From: Lytechinus pictus
Taxonomy: Eukaryota
Direction of reading: 5' to 3'
DNA: 64,000 bases
NCBI RefSeq assembly: GCF_037042905.1
Contig: NC_087245.1
Span: 13,704,001-13,768,000, forward strand
A program made the position numbers and the translations under genes. The notes under the pieces are model-generated. The model saw only the letters and a list, made by a program, of their open reading frames with translations. It was not told the DNA's origin and did no database searches. Positions 47,801 through 60,516 of the stretch are shown here, piece after piece (position 1 is the first letter of the stretch; each line of letters begins with the position of its first letter).

Positions 47801-50800
47801 CAAACTTTCTTGCTTCCAAGTGTTGATTGGTCTTTTTGTACAGAGGAATTTTGAGGTTAAGGAACAGGGAAAGAGAAGCATAATTGTACCTGAGAAGTGT
47901 AGGTATCATTTACCATCAGTATAGTCGATTGCAAATTTGTATACTTTGTAGGTTTTCCACAAGATTTATGCTAATTGTACCGTAGATTGTTGTGTTATAA
48001 AAGCTTAGGTAACAAAGACTACAAAGTTATTGAATTTTTAATTTTAACAATAATTTGTGAAAACAGTTTTATGCACATTGTCATGAATATTCATTAGGTT
48101 GGCTGATGATGTCATGTCCCCACTTCCCATTTTATTTATTTTATAGATCTATATAAATGAAATACATGTAATAATTATTGTCACACATGCATGTATGATT
48201 TGTTTCCCTTTAGAATATTACGACAATTTTAACTACAATTAATATATCCAATGCATTAAATCAGTTGTCAGTCAAATTTCTTTTGTTCTTGGAGGACAAA
48301 ATTTGAATGAACATAATTTCATACAATACAATAGAAAGAACAATTGGGGATATGATATCATCAGTTTGCTTTTTGAACATTCATGAAGACATGAATAGAA
48401 CTGTTTCACCGAAATAATGCAAATCATAAAAATGCCATAACTTTGTTATTTCCTGTCCAATTTTGATCACATTTGTATTGTTTTGTTTGTCTGATTTTTC
48501 TTTATCTCTTCAAATCATATTAGTTTCAGCCTTGAGTATCTCTTTAATACTTCATTGATGAATAATTTCTTCCATGTATAATGCCTATCTGTCTTGGTGC
48601 GATTAAAGCCATGAGGATAATGTAACCTGCCTTTTTAAGAGAAGTGGCAAAAGAGTGGTGTCAATGTCATTCTCCCTGAAGCAATGATAATGTGTTGGAT
48701 TTTTTAAATTATAGAATGAACATACATTAGTCATATAGTTGCATACTGTACTTGCAGATTGGCTACTCGAAGGAATGGAATTTTATAAATGTGATGTTGA
48801 ATAGGTCTATTCAAGCATTTTCAGAGTTGATTCTTTACCAGCATTGACAGTTTATCCAGCATCTTTATATGTGCATTGCTCTCTTCATTGAATTTGTCTA
48901 AGAAGAATCTGCATTCTAAATGTGTTTACTGTACAGTTCAATCCATTCCAATGAGTATTTGGTGTAGCTGCTTTTTCTTGTAATTGCTTCATAAACAAAT
49001 CACAGCCCTTCTAATCTTTTTACAACTGAAAAAAAATTAATAATCGCGTAAAGTGTTTAATATATATTGTAATATTGTAATTAAATTCAACCTGTTAACT
49101 TTTAACAGTGCTTTTGATGATCTATTACATGTACAAAACCGGAGTTCTTGGATCGGTTTTTCCATATCCTTTTAAAAGACCTTCAGAATCTGGACATCAC
49201 CATATATGTAGCACATCTTTTTTTTTATAAAATCAATATTTTAAAAAATACTAACAAATTTGGTTAATTTCTTAAAGTAATTTTAAAGAAATTTTCAATA
49301 CCGCACCCAATTGTAGTAGGGCCTGGCTTTCAGATGCTTTTTGATAGCATTTATAAATTTGTGCCAAATGGAATTGCTTTTAATCATTTGATTATGATCA
49401 TTGAAATGTTTCACAACTTGATTGACCAAAATATTAAGATTATCTGCTATAATAATAACAATAATAATAATAATAACGCAGTTCTTGTATAGCGCATATC
49501 ACATTATGTCATAACGTCCTTATGCGCTTTCAAAGGACTTGGATATTATTACCCTGGCTTTAGCCCCGCAGCCTGCCAGGTATCCATCTCACCTGGGTTG
49601 AGTGCTGCACAATGTGGATGAATTTCTTGCTGAAGGAAATTATGCCATGGCTGGTATTCGAACCCACGCCACCCTGTTTTAAAGTCAGAAGACTAATCCA
49701 CTGGGCCACAACGCTCCACATGCTATAAAGTCATAGATCATTTTCGGTCCATTCTATCCTCACGTTTTAGAGCGGGGGGGGACAACAAAACAAATCCTAC
49801 ATGTAAGAAACGCATGAAGTACATGTATCTATTATCCAGAGATACTCCATCTATTATACATATACAACATGCAATGTCCAAATGTCTTTGGACTTGTCTC
49901 AGTTCAGAGATAAAGAGGATGAGAGAGAAGGAGAGATATGAAGAGAAAGAGAGCACATTGGACTGCATGATAAATATTGCCCAGAATGGTATGGCTGTCC
50001 AGAGCAATACTCTTTCTAATGCATTACGGAAATCGGATGACAGCGTTAAACCAGGCCAGGCTGATTCACTTTCTAATGATCTCATATTTGATCGCAAAGT
50101 GGGATTCAATTACTGTTAATGAATCCTTGCTTTTGTGCCAATTACATGTAAATCATGGGATCAATTGCCTCTGGGCTCAGTCCGTCTGAATTCATAACAA
50201 AGGGTGTATCTGCACCCAAGAATGCTGTGGTTAAAGATAATTTTGAGTGATTGAGTTTAATAAAAAAGTAAGAAGTCAGCTTCAAACACGTTCTAAGATA
50301 TTTCAAGGTCTCTTCATCTGAAGACCCAAGATGCATGCAAAATCATCTCACTCTGAGAAATTTCAAATCTCATTCAATACAATGAATTATTGAAGCCTGT
50401 ATTTCATCAGATTTTATTATTTGAATTGGCAACATTTTTTTTATTGCTACATTTTTAATTTCAAATGTTTACAAATGTATAATGTTTGTGCACATCACAA
50501 TGGTAATTTTTCTCTCCTTTCTCTCTGTTTACCTCTCTCTTATCCAGCCCATTTCAAATGCAGATTTCGTTGTTCCTGTAGAAATTGATGGCACAGTTCA
50601 TGAGGTGAGTATATACTGTATGTTCAAGTATGATTTCAAAGGCAATAGCAATGTGGTCTGATAAGAGTCCTGTTTGTAGATCAGATACCTTGAAATCCTA
50701 GCCTTGTTTTCAGTCACTCTGATATCATGTAACATTTATCTGTTGATTTATTGGACAAGTACATGTAGCTTCTAAACCAAACTGTTTTATAATATCAGTG

Positions 50801-53800
50801 AAAAAGATACATGTCGAGGGCGCTTAAGTCTTCAAATTATCCAAAATAACCCTGTAGCCGGGTTTCAAAATCACCCTTGTATTTTGCAAACTAACCTCGA
50901 TAAATGAAGTCAATTAAAATGTAATTGGGGAAAGTACACCATCTGAATAAATAGCTCCCATTCAATTTTGTCTGGGTATTTAGTGCGACATACATGTATG
51001 TGTCCAAATTTATGCTTTTAATTTATAGTCAGTAGGAGCAAAATATTTCAATTAACTGCACGACTGTCTGAATACATAATTTGTTTTTGCATCTTTCTTC
51101 ATTGAGTCCGATGTTCTGTGCTTGAACATTGATATGAATAGGAATCATAATCCAATGAGTCGATTATCGTCCAGACTCCTGAGTACTATCAGTATCATTC
51201 TCAATGTTGAACTTGATGATTTTTATTTGATATGTAATCAAAACCTTTGATCTTCTACATCATCACAAAATGAAACAGTGATTAAACAAATTTGAGACAA
51301 ATAGTGAATATTTGAATCATTAAAGAAGCTTTATACCCATAATGTTATATTCCCTGATACTTTTTATACTTTAATTAGATTTTTAGTTTACCTACGTTAG
51401 GTGGCAGACCTATGGGCTTATGGCATCACACTATTCACTTGGGTTGGGGATAGTAGAACCCCACCCCCCCCCCCCCCGACGTTTTGGTTTGCTGCTTGAA
51501 TTTATGTCAGTAGACCTACTAATAACACATATCTTCACCATGTTCATAATGGTGGACGGGTCTGACAGCCTGGAAGTGAGACTAGATTATGTGTGACATT
51601 TTAGTGTTTCTCCTATCTCATCTTTCGTCAAGTGATAGTACAACAGCTGACATAAGACATGATAGGTGTGCTATGATACCCCATGAGACACGGGCTATTT
51701 ACTCATCCACATGATCTAGGTCATCACACTCTAAACCTGGGGATATCCCATTTTTAAATTGTCTCTTCATTCAAGATGTTGAAAATATTATTGTCATTCC
51801 ACTGAGCTAGAAATGTATTCATTTGCATTTTAATTATTAGTGGAGGGAGGGGGCAGGCCGTAAATTTCAATGGTGTAGGCTAATGTTTGTACATGTAGAG
51901 CTGTCACTGTATACTGATCACCAAGGACCATCTCTTTCTTCTTTATTTTGTATTTCAGGTATATGTATTAAAAAGGCCGCACGTGGACGAGTTTCTGCAG
52001 AGAGTGGGGCAGCTTTATGAATGTGTGTTATTTACAGCTAGTCTTGCAAAGGTATAGGAACTTGTCAACTTTGTCTTATAATTTGTTATTATTGCAAGGA
52101 ATTATTTCAAATTCCGTAGCTTTGATGGTAACAATAAATAGCAAATGCTGAAGGATTTGTTTTGAAGTTATGAATTTGCCACTTTCAATGGAAACACTGA
52201 TTTTAACCTTTCTTTTGCATTACCAATTTTTACCAAGTTTAGGAATTATTGTCCATATTCATATCACTAATTTAAACATCTGAATCAAAATGGACACTGT
52301 AAATGGAGACTTTCTTATTCTTCATTCCTGTGTATTTCCTATGATATTGAGGGCTCTGCATCAAAATTTTATCAGACCTAACGTACATGATCATGTGTAT
52401 GTCATATTTTCCTTTCCTGTTTATTATCTTGTTTCCTTAAAAAAAAATTGAATTATGTATTCCTGTCTGATATGATTTCTTTTTTCTTCTTGCATACAGT
52501 TAAAAAAAAAAAAAAAAAAATTGTGGGCATTGAAATAGATGATGTACCATATCTAAACAGTGATTCTTTATTTGCATGTAAATTAACCTTTGGAATAAAC
52601 ATTAGATCCAGTTATTGATTTAGTGTTGCCTAATACACTCATGTAACTACTACTAGTGCTACAGCGAGACAGTGTAGTCCTGACACAGTACTCTAAAATG
52701 TGAAATGAATGTAATTTATTTCATTGCAATTGAGAGTATGCTAGCAAGCAATTGTGAGAGTTTTCAATGGCATTGCATTCTCTCTTGAAACCTTAAACAA
52801 AAACGCGTACAATGTATTTTGTTTTGGGAAAGGGATTTAGGATTCATAGTGCTCATAAATCCTAAAAGGCTAATGACATTCAGGAGATTTAGGCTTCGTT
52901 CAGATATGGTACAAGCAAGATCAGTAACAATTTTATCGTGTTCATACGTGGTAAGAATTTTAACCCCACTTTCGATTTCATGATGATGTCATGAGTCATG
53001 TATATATAGCGTTTTAGTTTGTCCATGATATCTTGATCAAAGCTTTAATACTTTCTGTGATTAAAACATAGATTGGTCAGCAGTTGCCTGTTTAATATTT
53101 GACATCTCATAATTAATTTTTGATTTTCAGGGGCTACTTTTCATAACCCACTGTACTGCGTAAATCTACAACATTTGACAAGCTCTAAAATTGCAATGAT
53201 TGGGTATTTTCCACAGCTCTTTTGGGCATTGATCCCCAAGATCCTGTGTAATTTTTTCTGTATCACATCCCATTGACTTTGTACACAAAATGTTGCTGAG
53301 TTTGTTGTGTCATGTGTGAACGATCCTCTACTGCATAGTAGACCTCATTTAAGCTTGCAGGAGAGCTACCTCCATGACTGATTGTACACTCATAATTGCT
53401 TGAATGTCACAAGCGGGTAATAAAATTTCATGTCATGATTGTTATGACTGTGGTTCCCTTTGGTTGATGCTCAATTGCAGTTCATTCCTAGATTCATTAT
53501 CAGTTTGGTAATGAGTGTATTGCAATTGTAGGGTCATTCATGAATGTACGTGGAGTTTGTAATGGTTCTTTCTATAAACTTTTACTTGATTTGTCTGGAA
53601 AAATATTTTTTGAAAGGTCCAATAAACTGGGTCTTTGGCAAGAAAAAAAAGTAGTCAAAATATTTGGTAGGCTTTATTGAATACAAGGAATGTGGAAGGG
53701 CTTGCTCAGTGTGTTGGTTGTGAATTCAGATATTGTATTAACAGATATATGAATATTACCTACCAATTATCTGTTTGAACCTTAATGCTGATTCATACAC

Positions 53801-56800
53801 TACAGTAGGAATACAGAGCAATACGGTACCTTTCACATCTTAAATTTTCTTCATCTTGTATGCCCTAGCTTTTTCTTTCCTTTTATTGATTTCCTTTTTC
53901 AAGATAATAAACAGCATTCTATCTTTGGGCTGAAGGACCATTAAAAAATGCCCAAGATCTAGTTGATGAATGTCTTGATGGAAATTATCCTCAATGAAGG
54001 AACTGTACACACAAAACGAGTAAATTAGAGAGACATTAAAATACAAATTGGATTACAATGTAAAAAAGTATAAAAAGCATAGTGATACAAAAAATGAACA
54101 AAATTGAAAATTACTTTTCATAAAGTCTTAAGTTTGTCAAAAGTAGAATGTGTATATTGTTTTTTTTAATAGGTCAACTTTTTAATGATTTTTATTAAGG
54201 CATCTGGTAATAATCTATGATGAATATTTTTGGCATTTCAAGTATTAATTGAGGATACATAGATATATGAAAAAATAATATTCACAAACTTCAGTATCTT
54301 CCAATGCAGTAAATCAATTGATATACAAATAGCGAATAGGCATGAGTGCGATGGTGCGAGATTTTGCATGAGGTCATTGAGGTGAAAGAAAGATGCTCTA
54401 TTCAACGAGGCATTACTTAGCCGAGTTGAATGGAGCATTTCTTTCTTTCACCGAATGCGAAATTTCGCACCATTGCACGAATAAGAATATTTGCTATTTG
54501 TGTTGTACAACGCCTCGGAATTTAGCGAAAATATGAAAAAACAAGAGTTTATCCCTATAGTAATCTATGAAAAGGGAGCAAAAATACTGAGAGCGGAAAG
54601 CAAAATCCCACAAGCGCACATGACCTTGGGCAGCAATTGCGCATTTAGCCAGCAGGCTTATACATGCATTGCACCTTCATTTTTACTGAGCGCAATGAAT
54701 TAAATCGTATTGTGACGTCACCACCTAAAGCCGTGCAACGGTACATTTTAGATGGTACGTCTTTTGTGCAACGGTACGAATGTTTGACATTCAGCCTCCC
54801 ATTTGCTCGCGTACAACAAGCTAAGTAGGCGTTGTACAATAGCCACTGACCTTTACAACAACCACCATGATAACATTGCTCAATACCATAGCCAATGTTG
54901 CCTAAGCTCACAAGGTGGTTTGAATCTGTGGTTAATTGAAATTGCATTGCATATGTGTTGAGAAAATGTCTGATAATCCATATGCATTTAGTAAATAATA
55001 ATTCTGTCTTCATATAGATTAATTTAAAATATATTGGACTCGTACCATAACAAGTTTGAATTTCAAAATGCCCTTTGACAAAGAGTGCTTGTATTTTGTT
55101 ACCTATGAGCGGACTGAATTAAACATAATTTATCAATTAGTGCACAAAATTTGATTGAACCACAGATTCAAGACCATCCATGTGCATTTAAATTCATGCA
55201 TAAATGATAATGTTGTCTATGTAGTGGCAAAGTTCTCATCAGTTTAATCAGGTTTTGCAATTGCCATTAAAATATGTTTTGTTATTATTTTTAATAACTG
55301 TTGTCATTTCTTCTTGTATTGACAGTATGCAGATCCAGTTGCTGACCTTTTAGACAAATGGGGTGTGTTCAGGTGTCGACTGTTTCGGGAATCATGTGTG
55401 TTTCACAGAGGAAATTATATTAAGGTATGAACAAGTCCTGCTTTCTCATGTACATTCACTGGGAATCTTTGTGATGCTGAGGCATTGACACACAAAAAAG
55501 GGGGAATTCTTCATTGTAATTTAGTGTATTGATTTAGGTTTGGTTAAATTCCTTCTGATGTCTCTTTGTAATTGTTTGTTCAAAATAACAAAAACGATAC
55601 ATAGTATCCCATGTATTACCAGGATATGTATCTCACTCTCAAATTTTTGTTACACATTGACAAGTTATTCATAGACATGGACTAGTCATTTGCTTTTCAC
55701 ACATTTTAGCGCAAAACTATCTACTGAGCAATGTATGCATTTATTGCTTAGAAGTAAAACTGAACCCATCGCAGAAAAAACAACAACACTTGTCCGAAAT
55801 GTGGGCTTCTGATTGGTTGAAAATCGATTAGCATTTGATTCTTGGAGTTGTGTTTAATTGCAAGCCATTCTGCAATTACCTTTCTTGCAGGTTCAGTACA
55901 TCAAGTACAAATTGCAATATTAGCTAACCTATAGGGGGTATTTGGCTCAGCCCTGGAAAATTCTGCTATTTCTTTAAGCATATCTTTGTAGTCGGGTATC
56001 ACTGTACATTCAACAGACATATATTGTAATGAAAATCAGCTTTAATATGGTAAATGCTTCTATAATAGACTATCATCAGATATGTTGAAACCTGTTTGTC
56101 CTGTATGTAAAGATCACTTAAGTTAAAAAATTAAAATATCCTTTGGCAGGTTATCTACATGTAAATTGACCCCCCCCCCCCTGTAAATTGAAACCCTCCA
56201 TCAAGACATGTGACAAGAAAAGAAAGTGGTCTCTTAGCAGGTAGTATAATTTGTGGATAGGATTTTTAGTACATCCTGTTTAAAGGAAAGAAAGTGTATT
56301 TTTGTAGACAAATTATCCTTTTAATTGATGAGTACAAAAATATGTGTGAATGTACTTATACATGCTTCACTGAGAAACCATATTCAAGAGAAGCGTAAAA
56401 CTTGAGTCCTCATTTTTGTTTTTTACAGAATATTTTTGTTGTTGGCAAAGGAGCTGTCATATTAGAAGTGTTCAGGGTCTGTCAATGACAATTGTGTGAC
56501 TGTCATGATCTCTTACCCGTTTTGGATGATGAAACTGTTCTTGATCCACATCTTAAGGCCTTGTCACATCGTTCCGTGCAAGCCTTGCGGGATACTTTTT
56601 TTTGCGACTTGCAGGTCGCCCGCATTGACAGTATCTCCCACGCAGTTGCCCACAAAAGCGCATGCAAGTCTGATTTCCACATAGAAAAGTTTTGAACATT
56701 CTCAAAACTTGCGAGTGAGTTGCTTGCAATCACCCGCAAGGCTTGTACAGTACGATGTGACAGAGCCTGTAGGGCAGGGATTCTCAAATGGTGGCGCGCG

Positions 56801-58705
56801 CGCCACTTGTGGCGCACCGAGCCTTCCAGAGTGGCGCGTGGGAGCCAGTATAGAAAAAGAAAAAACATTAGAAAATAAAAGGTTGATCTACTATTAATCT
56901 GGAATTGAGGTTTGATCATTTAATTACAAAGGGAAAATAAAAACTCAGCTCTTTTTAAAATCTAAATGCTATTTGATTTCCTCTGATTTTGTGTAATCTA
57001 GCATTTGATAACCCCTATTATGGAGGATCTATTTAATGTATTCATTTACGATTGGTACAAAGACTATGTACATAATATGTGAACATAGATTTGTGAACAG
57101 TGCTTTTAATAATAACAATAATAATCATAATTACGTTTTATTTACTCAGGGTAGCCATTTCGGTTAGGGAACTGCAGCGGGCCCTGCATTTCCATGTATG
57201 TTATTACTACCCTTCTCCAATTTAAATGCTGAGCGCCAAGCAAGAAGGCAGAAGGTTCCATTCCTATATATATATATACATATTTTGTATGACTCTGTTG
57301 GGGATCGAACACACGGCCTCCCGTTCATGAGGCTGACGCTCTACCACTGATCAACATACCCGGTTTGTTTTTTAAACACGACCCTCATCAAGAACAAAAT
57401 TTAATACAGAAACATAATAATTAACGCTAATTTGAGCAAGTCACTTATCATTTTTTTTAATAAATTGTGTAGTATGTTGGTATTTTTATATCTTCTGTTG
57501 ATTGAGAACCCCTCTAGGCCATTTAAAAGGCTTTCTGCTCTTCAGGTGGTCCTGCATCCCCCCCATACCACAATATTTCGCTCTTCGCGTGTTGGATAGT
57601 GGAGCAGTCCAGATTCTCAACAAGAAATTTGGCGCTTCAACAAAATTAATTGAGAATGGCTGCTGTAGGGTCTATGATAGTATGGTTGTATTACACTACA
57701 TCTTTATTACAAAAAAAAGTTATAGTCCGAGGTGACGTTTCATAAAGCTGTGCTACACATGACTTTACACAAGACTGGTTACCTTGTCTGTCATCCAAAA
57801 TTGAAATCTGATTTTTTTAAATTCAAAATTCTTGTTTCTAATAAGCATTTGAGTGCAAAAATCTGGTATTTGTGACGATTTGATAAGGAAATTACATGTA
57901 GAAATTCCACTACCATTATAATTGTAAAACAGAAAATTTGGGGTAATGGTATCTCATTTAGCTTGAAAGGGTCAGCAATTGTGCAAAAAGTTGTGCTTGA
58001 GTAATAAACAGCTGTATGAAATAGACCCAGAACAGAGAAGACAGCCACATGGCCATCACTGACAAACATTACTCCTAATGCAGGTTAACCGTTAATATCT
58101 TCCTTATTCTGTTGTATTTGCTCCAGGATCTTAGTCGATTGGGTCGTAAACTGGAACGTATTGTAATTGTGGACAATTCACCCGCTTCATATATCTTCCA
58201 CCAAGATAATGCAGTAAGTATCCACACTGACTTTGTTTTGAAAGGAAGCATTACTGCTGTCCTTGTTTTGGTTTTGACTTCCTCGTTATGACAGGGTATG
58301 TAAAAAAAAAAACATAGCAAATTGTCTTCTCAAAATGCATTGGATCTTTAAACCTCTTAGGAAGAGTCTATTCTGATCAAATCCAACATGACCATTATAT
58401 TTGTTGTGATCAGATTAAAGTTCTATAAATTGTCTGTAGATATCAAGCACTTGGCAAGTATCAATACCTTTATACATCATTACTTGTAATAAATCTTGTC
58501 CTTAATTTCTGTGTTGTAATGTAAACAATGATTGAGAGGTGTTTGTAACATGTTTTTTTTTCTATAGATCCCTGTGAGTTCATGGTTTGATGACATGTCG
58601 GACACAGAGCTCCTTGATGTCCTTCCACTCCTGGAGCGCATTTCACAAGAGGAAGATGTCTACAAAATACTCAAGAAGGAGAACCACAATCACATAAAGC
58701 GCTAG
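23754..58705 (+). CDS. CTDSP: Small C-terminal domain phosphatase (SCP/CTDSP1/2/L co-ortholog), 258 aa; join(23754..23829,39175..39299,44768..44869,50548..50604,51959..52051,55326..55424,58127..58213,58568..58705)
   Basis: [11 protein letters not shown]-terminus; [19 protein letters not shown] motif [107 protein letters not shown]. Total 777 nt, all GT-AG and phase-consistent. Confidence 0.96.
25031..25629. mobile_element. CpG-rich TA-flanked MITE (Tc1/mariner-like) in CTDSP intron 1
   Basis: Inverted ends actaccccttatcgaccacct / aggtggtcgataggtggtggt. Confidence 0.6.
26408..26802 (+). mobile_element. tRNA-derived SINE with Deu/Nin-like central domain
   Basis: A box TAGCTCAGTCAG and B box GGTTCGAGTCC. 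The core ccgtccatcggaaaggacg..ggtccc..gcacgttaaa..gcactattcg..agtagggtgttcacccggtgt resembles the DeuSINE domain as I recall it. (TAA)n tail. Confidence 0.82.
27405..28176. mobile_element. Tc1/mariner-like MITE (772 bp)
   Basis: TA flanks; 22-bp TIR CTGTA(C/T)AAGCTGTTATTTTCGC with one mismatch; subterminal tttcgcg repeats. Confidence 0.85.
31870..32340. repeat. Degenerate internally repeated element with (a)ggtcaaaggtca units
   Basis: Three ~170-bp related units, each with tttgagggat..aa and gaggtcaaaggtc-like motifs. Confidence 0.45.
33150..33727. mobile_element. TTAA-flanked non-autonomous DNA transposon (Kolobok/piggyBac-like)
   Basis: ttaa|aggtcaagtccaccac ... ggggtggactcgtcct|ttaa; long internal inverted symmetry (aagaaagttatga / tcataactttctt). 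Confidence 0.85.
34521..35235. repeat. Local tandem duplication (~390-bp period, two copies)
   Basis: gtgagaaattgataaaaata...ttaccacacaatgcaaaata...gcactgtgtccacaa...tgtaaagccacagattagcaatctgacagcttttgaagtggttctgttgactgtggtg occurs from ~34521 and again from ~34914. Confidence 0.85.
39175..39299 (+). CDS. CTDSP: CTDSP coding exon 2 (basic stretch and CC motif)
   Basis: aaacag|GG CCA AGC ... CAA AGG|gtaaga. Confidence 0.9.
44768..44869 (+). CDS. CTDSP: CTDSP coding exon 3 (DLDET catalytic motif)
   Basis: gtacag|CAA CCA AAT ... TTT AAG|gtgagc. Confidence 0.95.
46111..46513. mobile_element. hAT-like MITE with repeated cttgcccga/gggcaagt subterminal motifs
   Basis: TIR agggtgctacataa / ttatgtcgcaccctg. 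Confidence 0.75.
47990..48548. mobile_element. Older degenerate relative of the TTAA-flanked element at 33150
   Basis: Shared blocks aaagttattgaatttt, tgatgatgtca, cataactttgttatt; ends ..tctctttaa. Confidence 0.5.
49453..49720 (-). mobile_element. tRNA-derived SINE
   Basis: Minus strand has A box TGGCCCAGTGG and B box GGTTCGAATACC; 3' end gcgctatacaagaactgcg followed by (TTA)n; 8-bp direct repeat tgctataa at 49445-49452 and 49721-49728. Confidence 0.87.
50548..50604 (+). CDS. CTDSP: CTDSP coding exon 4
   Basis: atccag|CCC ATT TCA AAT GCA GAT ... CAT GAG|gtgagt. Confidence 0.95.
51959..52051 (+). CDS. CTDSP: CTDSP coding exon 5
   Basis: tttcag|GTA TAT GTA TTA AAA AGG CCG ... GCA AAG|gtatag. 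Confidence 0.95.
54325..54900. repeat. CpG-retaining interspersed repeat with hairpin (unclassified)
   Basis: Nested inverted repeats tagcgaata..tgcgatggtgcga..attcaac / gttgaat..tcgcaccattgca..tatttgcta; composition differs from the surrounding intron. Confidence 0.45.
55326..55424 (+). CDS. CTDSP: CTDSP coding exon 6
   Basis: tgacag|TAT GCA GAT CCA ... ATT AAG|gtatga. Confidence 0.95.
56556..56768. mobile_element. Palindromic MITE (Harbinger-like)
   Basis: ~36-bp TIR aggccttgtcacatcgttccgtgcaagccttgcggg / cccgcaaggcttgtacagtacgatgtgacagagcct. Confidence 0.82.
56775..57662. mobile_element. hAT (Charlie-like) non-autonomous element
   Basis: Perfect 8-bp TSD ctgtaggg (56767-56774 and 57663-57670); TIR CAGGGATTCTCAA / CAGCCATTCTCAA. 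Confidence 0.82.
57108..57364 (-). mobile_element. Degenerate tRNA-derived SINE nested in the hAT element
   Basis: The minus strand has gatcagtggtagagcgtc (A box-like) and gttcgatccc (B box), then gagtcatac..aatggaaccttctgccttcttgcttggcgctcagcattta (resembles the Meta-SINE core as I recall it) and a (TTA)n tail. Confidence 0.72.
58127..58213 (+). CDS. CTDSP: CTDSP coding exon 7
   Basis: ctccag|GAT CTT AGT CGA ... AAT GCA|gtaagt. Confidence 0.95.
58568..58705 (+). CDS. CTDSP: CTDSP terminal coding exon
   Basis: ctatag|ATC CCT GTG AGT TCA TGG TTT GAT GAC ... AAG CGC TAG. Confidence 0.95.
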   Translation: MPVSSWFDDMSDTELLDVLPLLERISQEEDVYKILKKENHNHIKR

Positions 58706-60375
58706 AAGAGACAGCTTGGCTTCTGCGCCCTGTATGGAACCTCCGCCCAAATCGACTAGTTCCTCAAGAAAAAATTGCAAAGATCAATATTGACTGGACA
58801 TGCTGATCCTGCGGGTTGAAATACCGTATTACCAAACTGCCAAAATGTAGCTGTATCATCGTCCTTGGAGATCAGTGTTCTTTTGTGATTTTTGTTGTAC
58901 ATCCATCTGCGTTTACTGCTGCTGGATGTCATCCCAAGGGTTGGTCGACAGGTCCAGCATCTTGGTGATCCTGCCAATGCGTGTAGTAGTCCTCCAGTCC
59001 TGCACCCCATCCTCTTCCAGATTCACCCAATGAAGCTGTCACCAAGCATTCTTAGTATGCATTTAATGTGTCTCTTAGGTGCAAGTCCTGCGTGCTGTAG
59101 TGTTAAAGGAAAACACAGAGCAAGAAAATCCATGATAACCCTGTACAGGAAGTTGGGTCTGTGATAACTGTTCAGTGAAGGAAATGTTGATATGATACCA
59201 GTACAGCTATAACAAGGTCAGTCCAGGCATTCAGGTCAAGATCGGCCATTTGCGTTGTAAACTGCCAAATCTCAGAAGGCCAGAGCATATCCCCTTCAAT
59301 GATGAGAGGGAGCGAGGGGGGGACAGGAATTATTATTTTAAGTTGGTAATATCCACACTGACTTATCTAAGGCAAATGTGTTTCATTTTGAAATTTGGAA
59401 GTCTTTTTTGGTGATGATATCCACACTGACTTTATGAGAAGCCAGCATGTGTCCCCTATGATGAGAAGAAAAAAAAGAGAAAGGCAAAGCAAAAAGAATG
59501 TTGTCTGTAAAGCTGGTAATGTTCACTCTAATTTTTCCATCACAGCACTTGCATTTATTTTGTAAATCGAGAATAAAGAATAAGGGCTTACCTAGAGCTT
59601 TCATTGTTCCTAATCATTGTACAGTAAATCTTGTCTTATAGGTAGGTATGGAGAGAATCAATCACTATTTCTATTTTGCTATATCTCTTTGTATACTTTA
59701 GAGTTCCTCACACCAGAGCACGCACTATGACCCAAATCCATAAAGGTGGATTTGAAACCACAGTTTATGTAGATTTTACATATGAATTGTAGAAAAAAAT
59801 GTGCCCAATAAGGAATGTGTGCTTGTGCCACCTGGTTCTAAATTCACTCTTGTTTCTGTGGTTTCATTCCACAGTTTTATATAGTTTGATTTAGTGAATC
59901 AGTAACTTTAAATTCGGGGGCCTATTTATCCCAAACTCATGGCAACTTAGTGCACTTTGACAAATAGCATGCATTCATTATTGTAATATCTCACTAAGTG
60001 CTGTAAATTGTTTGAGGCATGAAATCTCCATGAATTTTGACTTCAAACAATGGTTTTAAAATCACCTATGTGATTTTGGGCTTCTGTGAAATTGAAGACA
60101 GAGTATAGCAATACGAGATGTGATAAATGAATCTTGATTCTGGACATTTTTTTTTTTCAAACCTTTTAAATGACCAGCCATCTAAAAACATTTTTTTTTA
60201 AATAATCACTGCCAATGTTTTTTTTATTATAAATCTTTTTTTAAATAAAAGAGTTTAATTGTCCTTTTATAAAAAGAATATTTCGAATTGGTGAAATTGA
60301 TATAAAACTTTCAAAAGGTGACAGTGATCATGTAGAAGGGTATTACAAGCTATGACCTTCATAATGTACGAGGGA

Positions 60376-60516
60376 CAGGATCCCATTTCATTAAGACTTG
60401 TTGTAATAGCAAATTCACAATGTAAACAAAGTTCACTATCAGCCAATCAAATAATTTTACTAGCCTAAGACTTATTGCAAATCTGTTATTATAACAGGTT
60501 TTATGAAATGGACCCG
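60376..60516. mobile_element. CCAAT-containing MITE, copy 4
   Basis: Ends cccatttcat / atgaaatggaccc; internal tcagccaatcaaa. Confidence 0.6.

Noticed and set aside
49738..50336. Cluster of 64-123-aa ORFs in CTDSP intron 3
   Set aside because: No motifs or convincing splice sites; the CTDSP model is complete without them
56492..56919. ORFs with an internal repeat ([13 protein letters not shown] / [13 protein letters not shown])
   Set aside because: Artefact of the palindromic MITE TIRs
58703..58712. Stop-codon readthrough of CTDSP
   Set aside because: The context TAG AAG does not match the known UGA-CUAG readthrough motif
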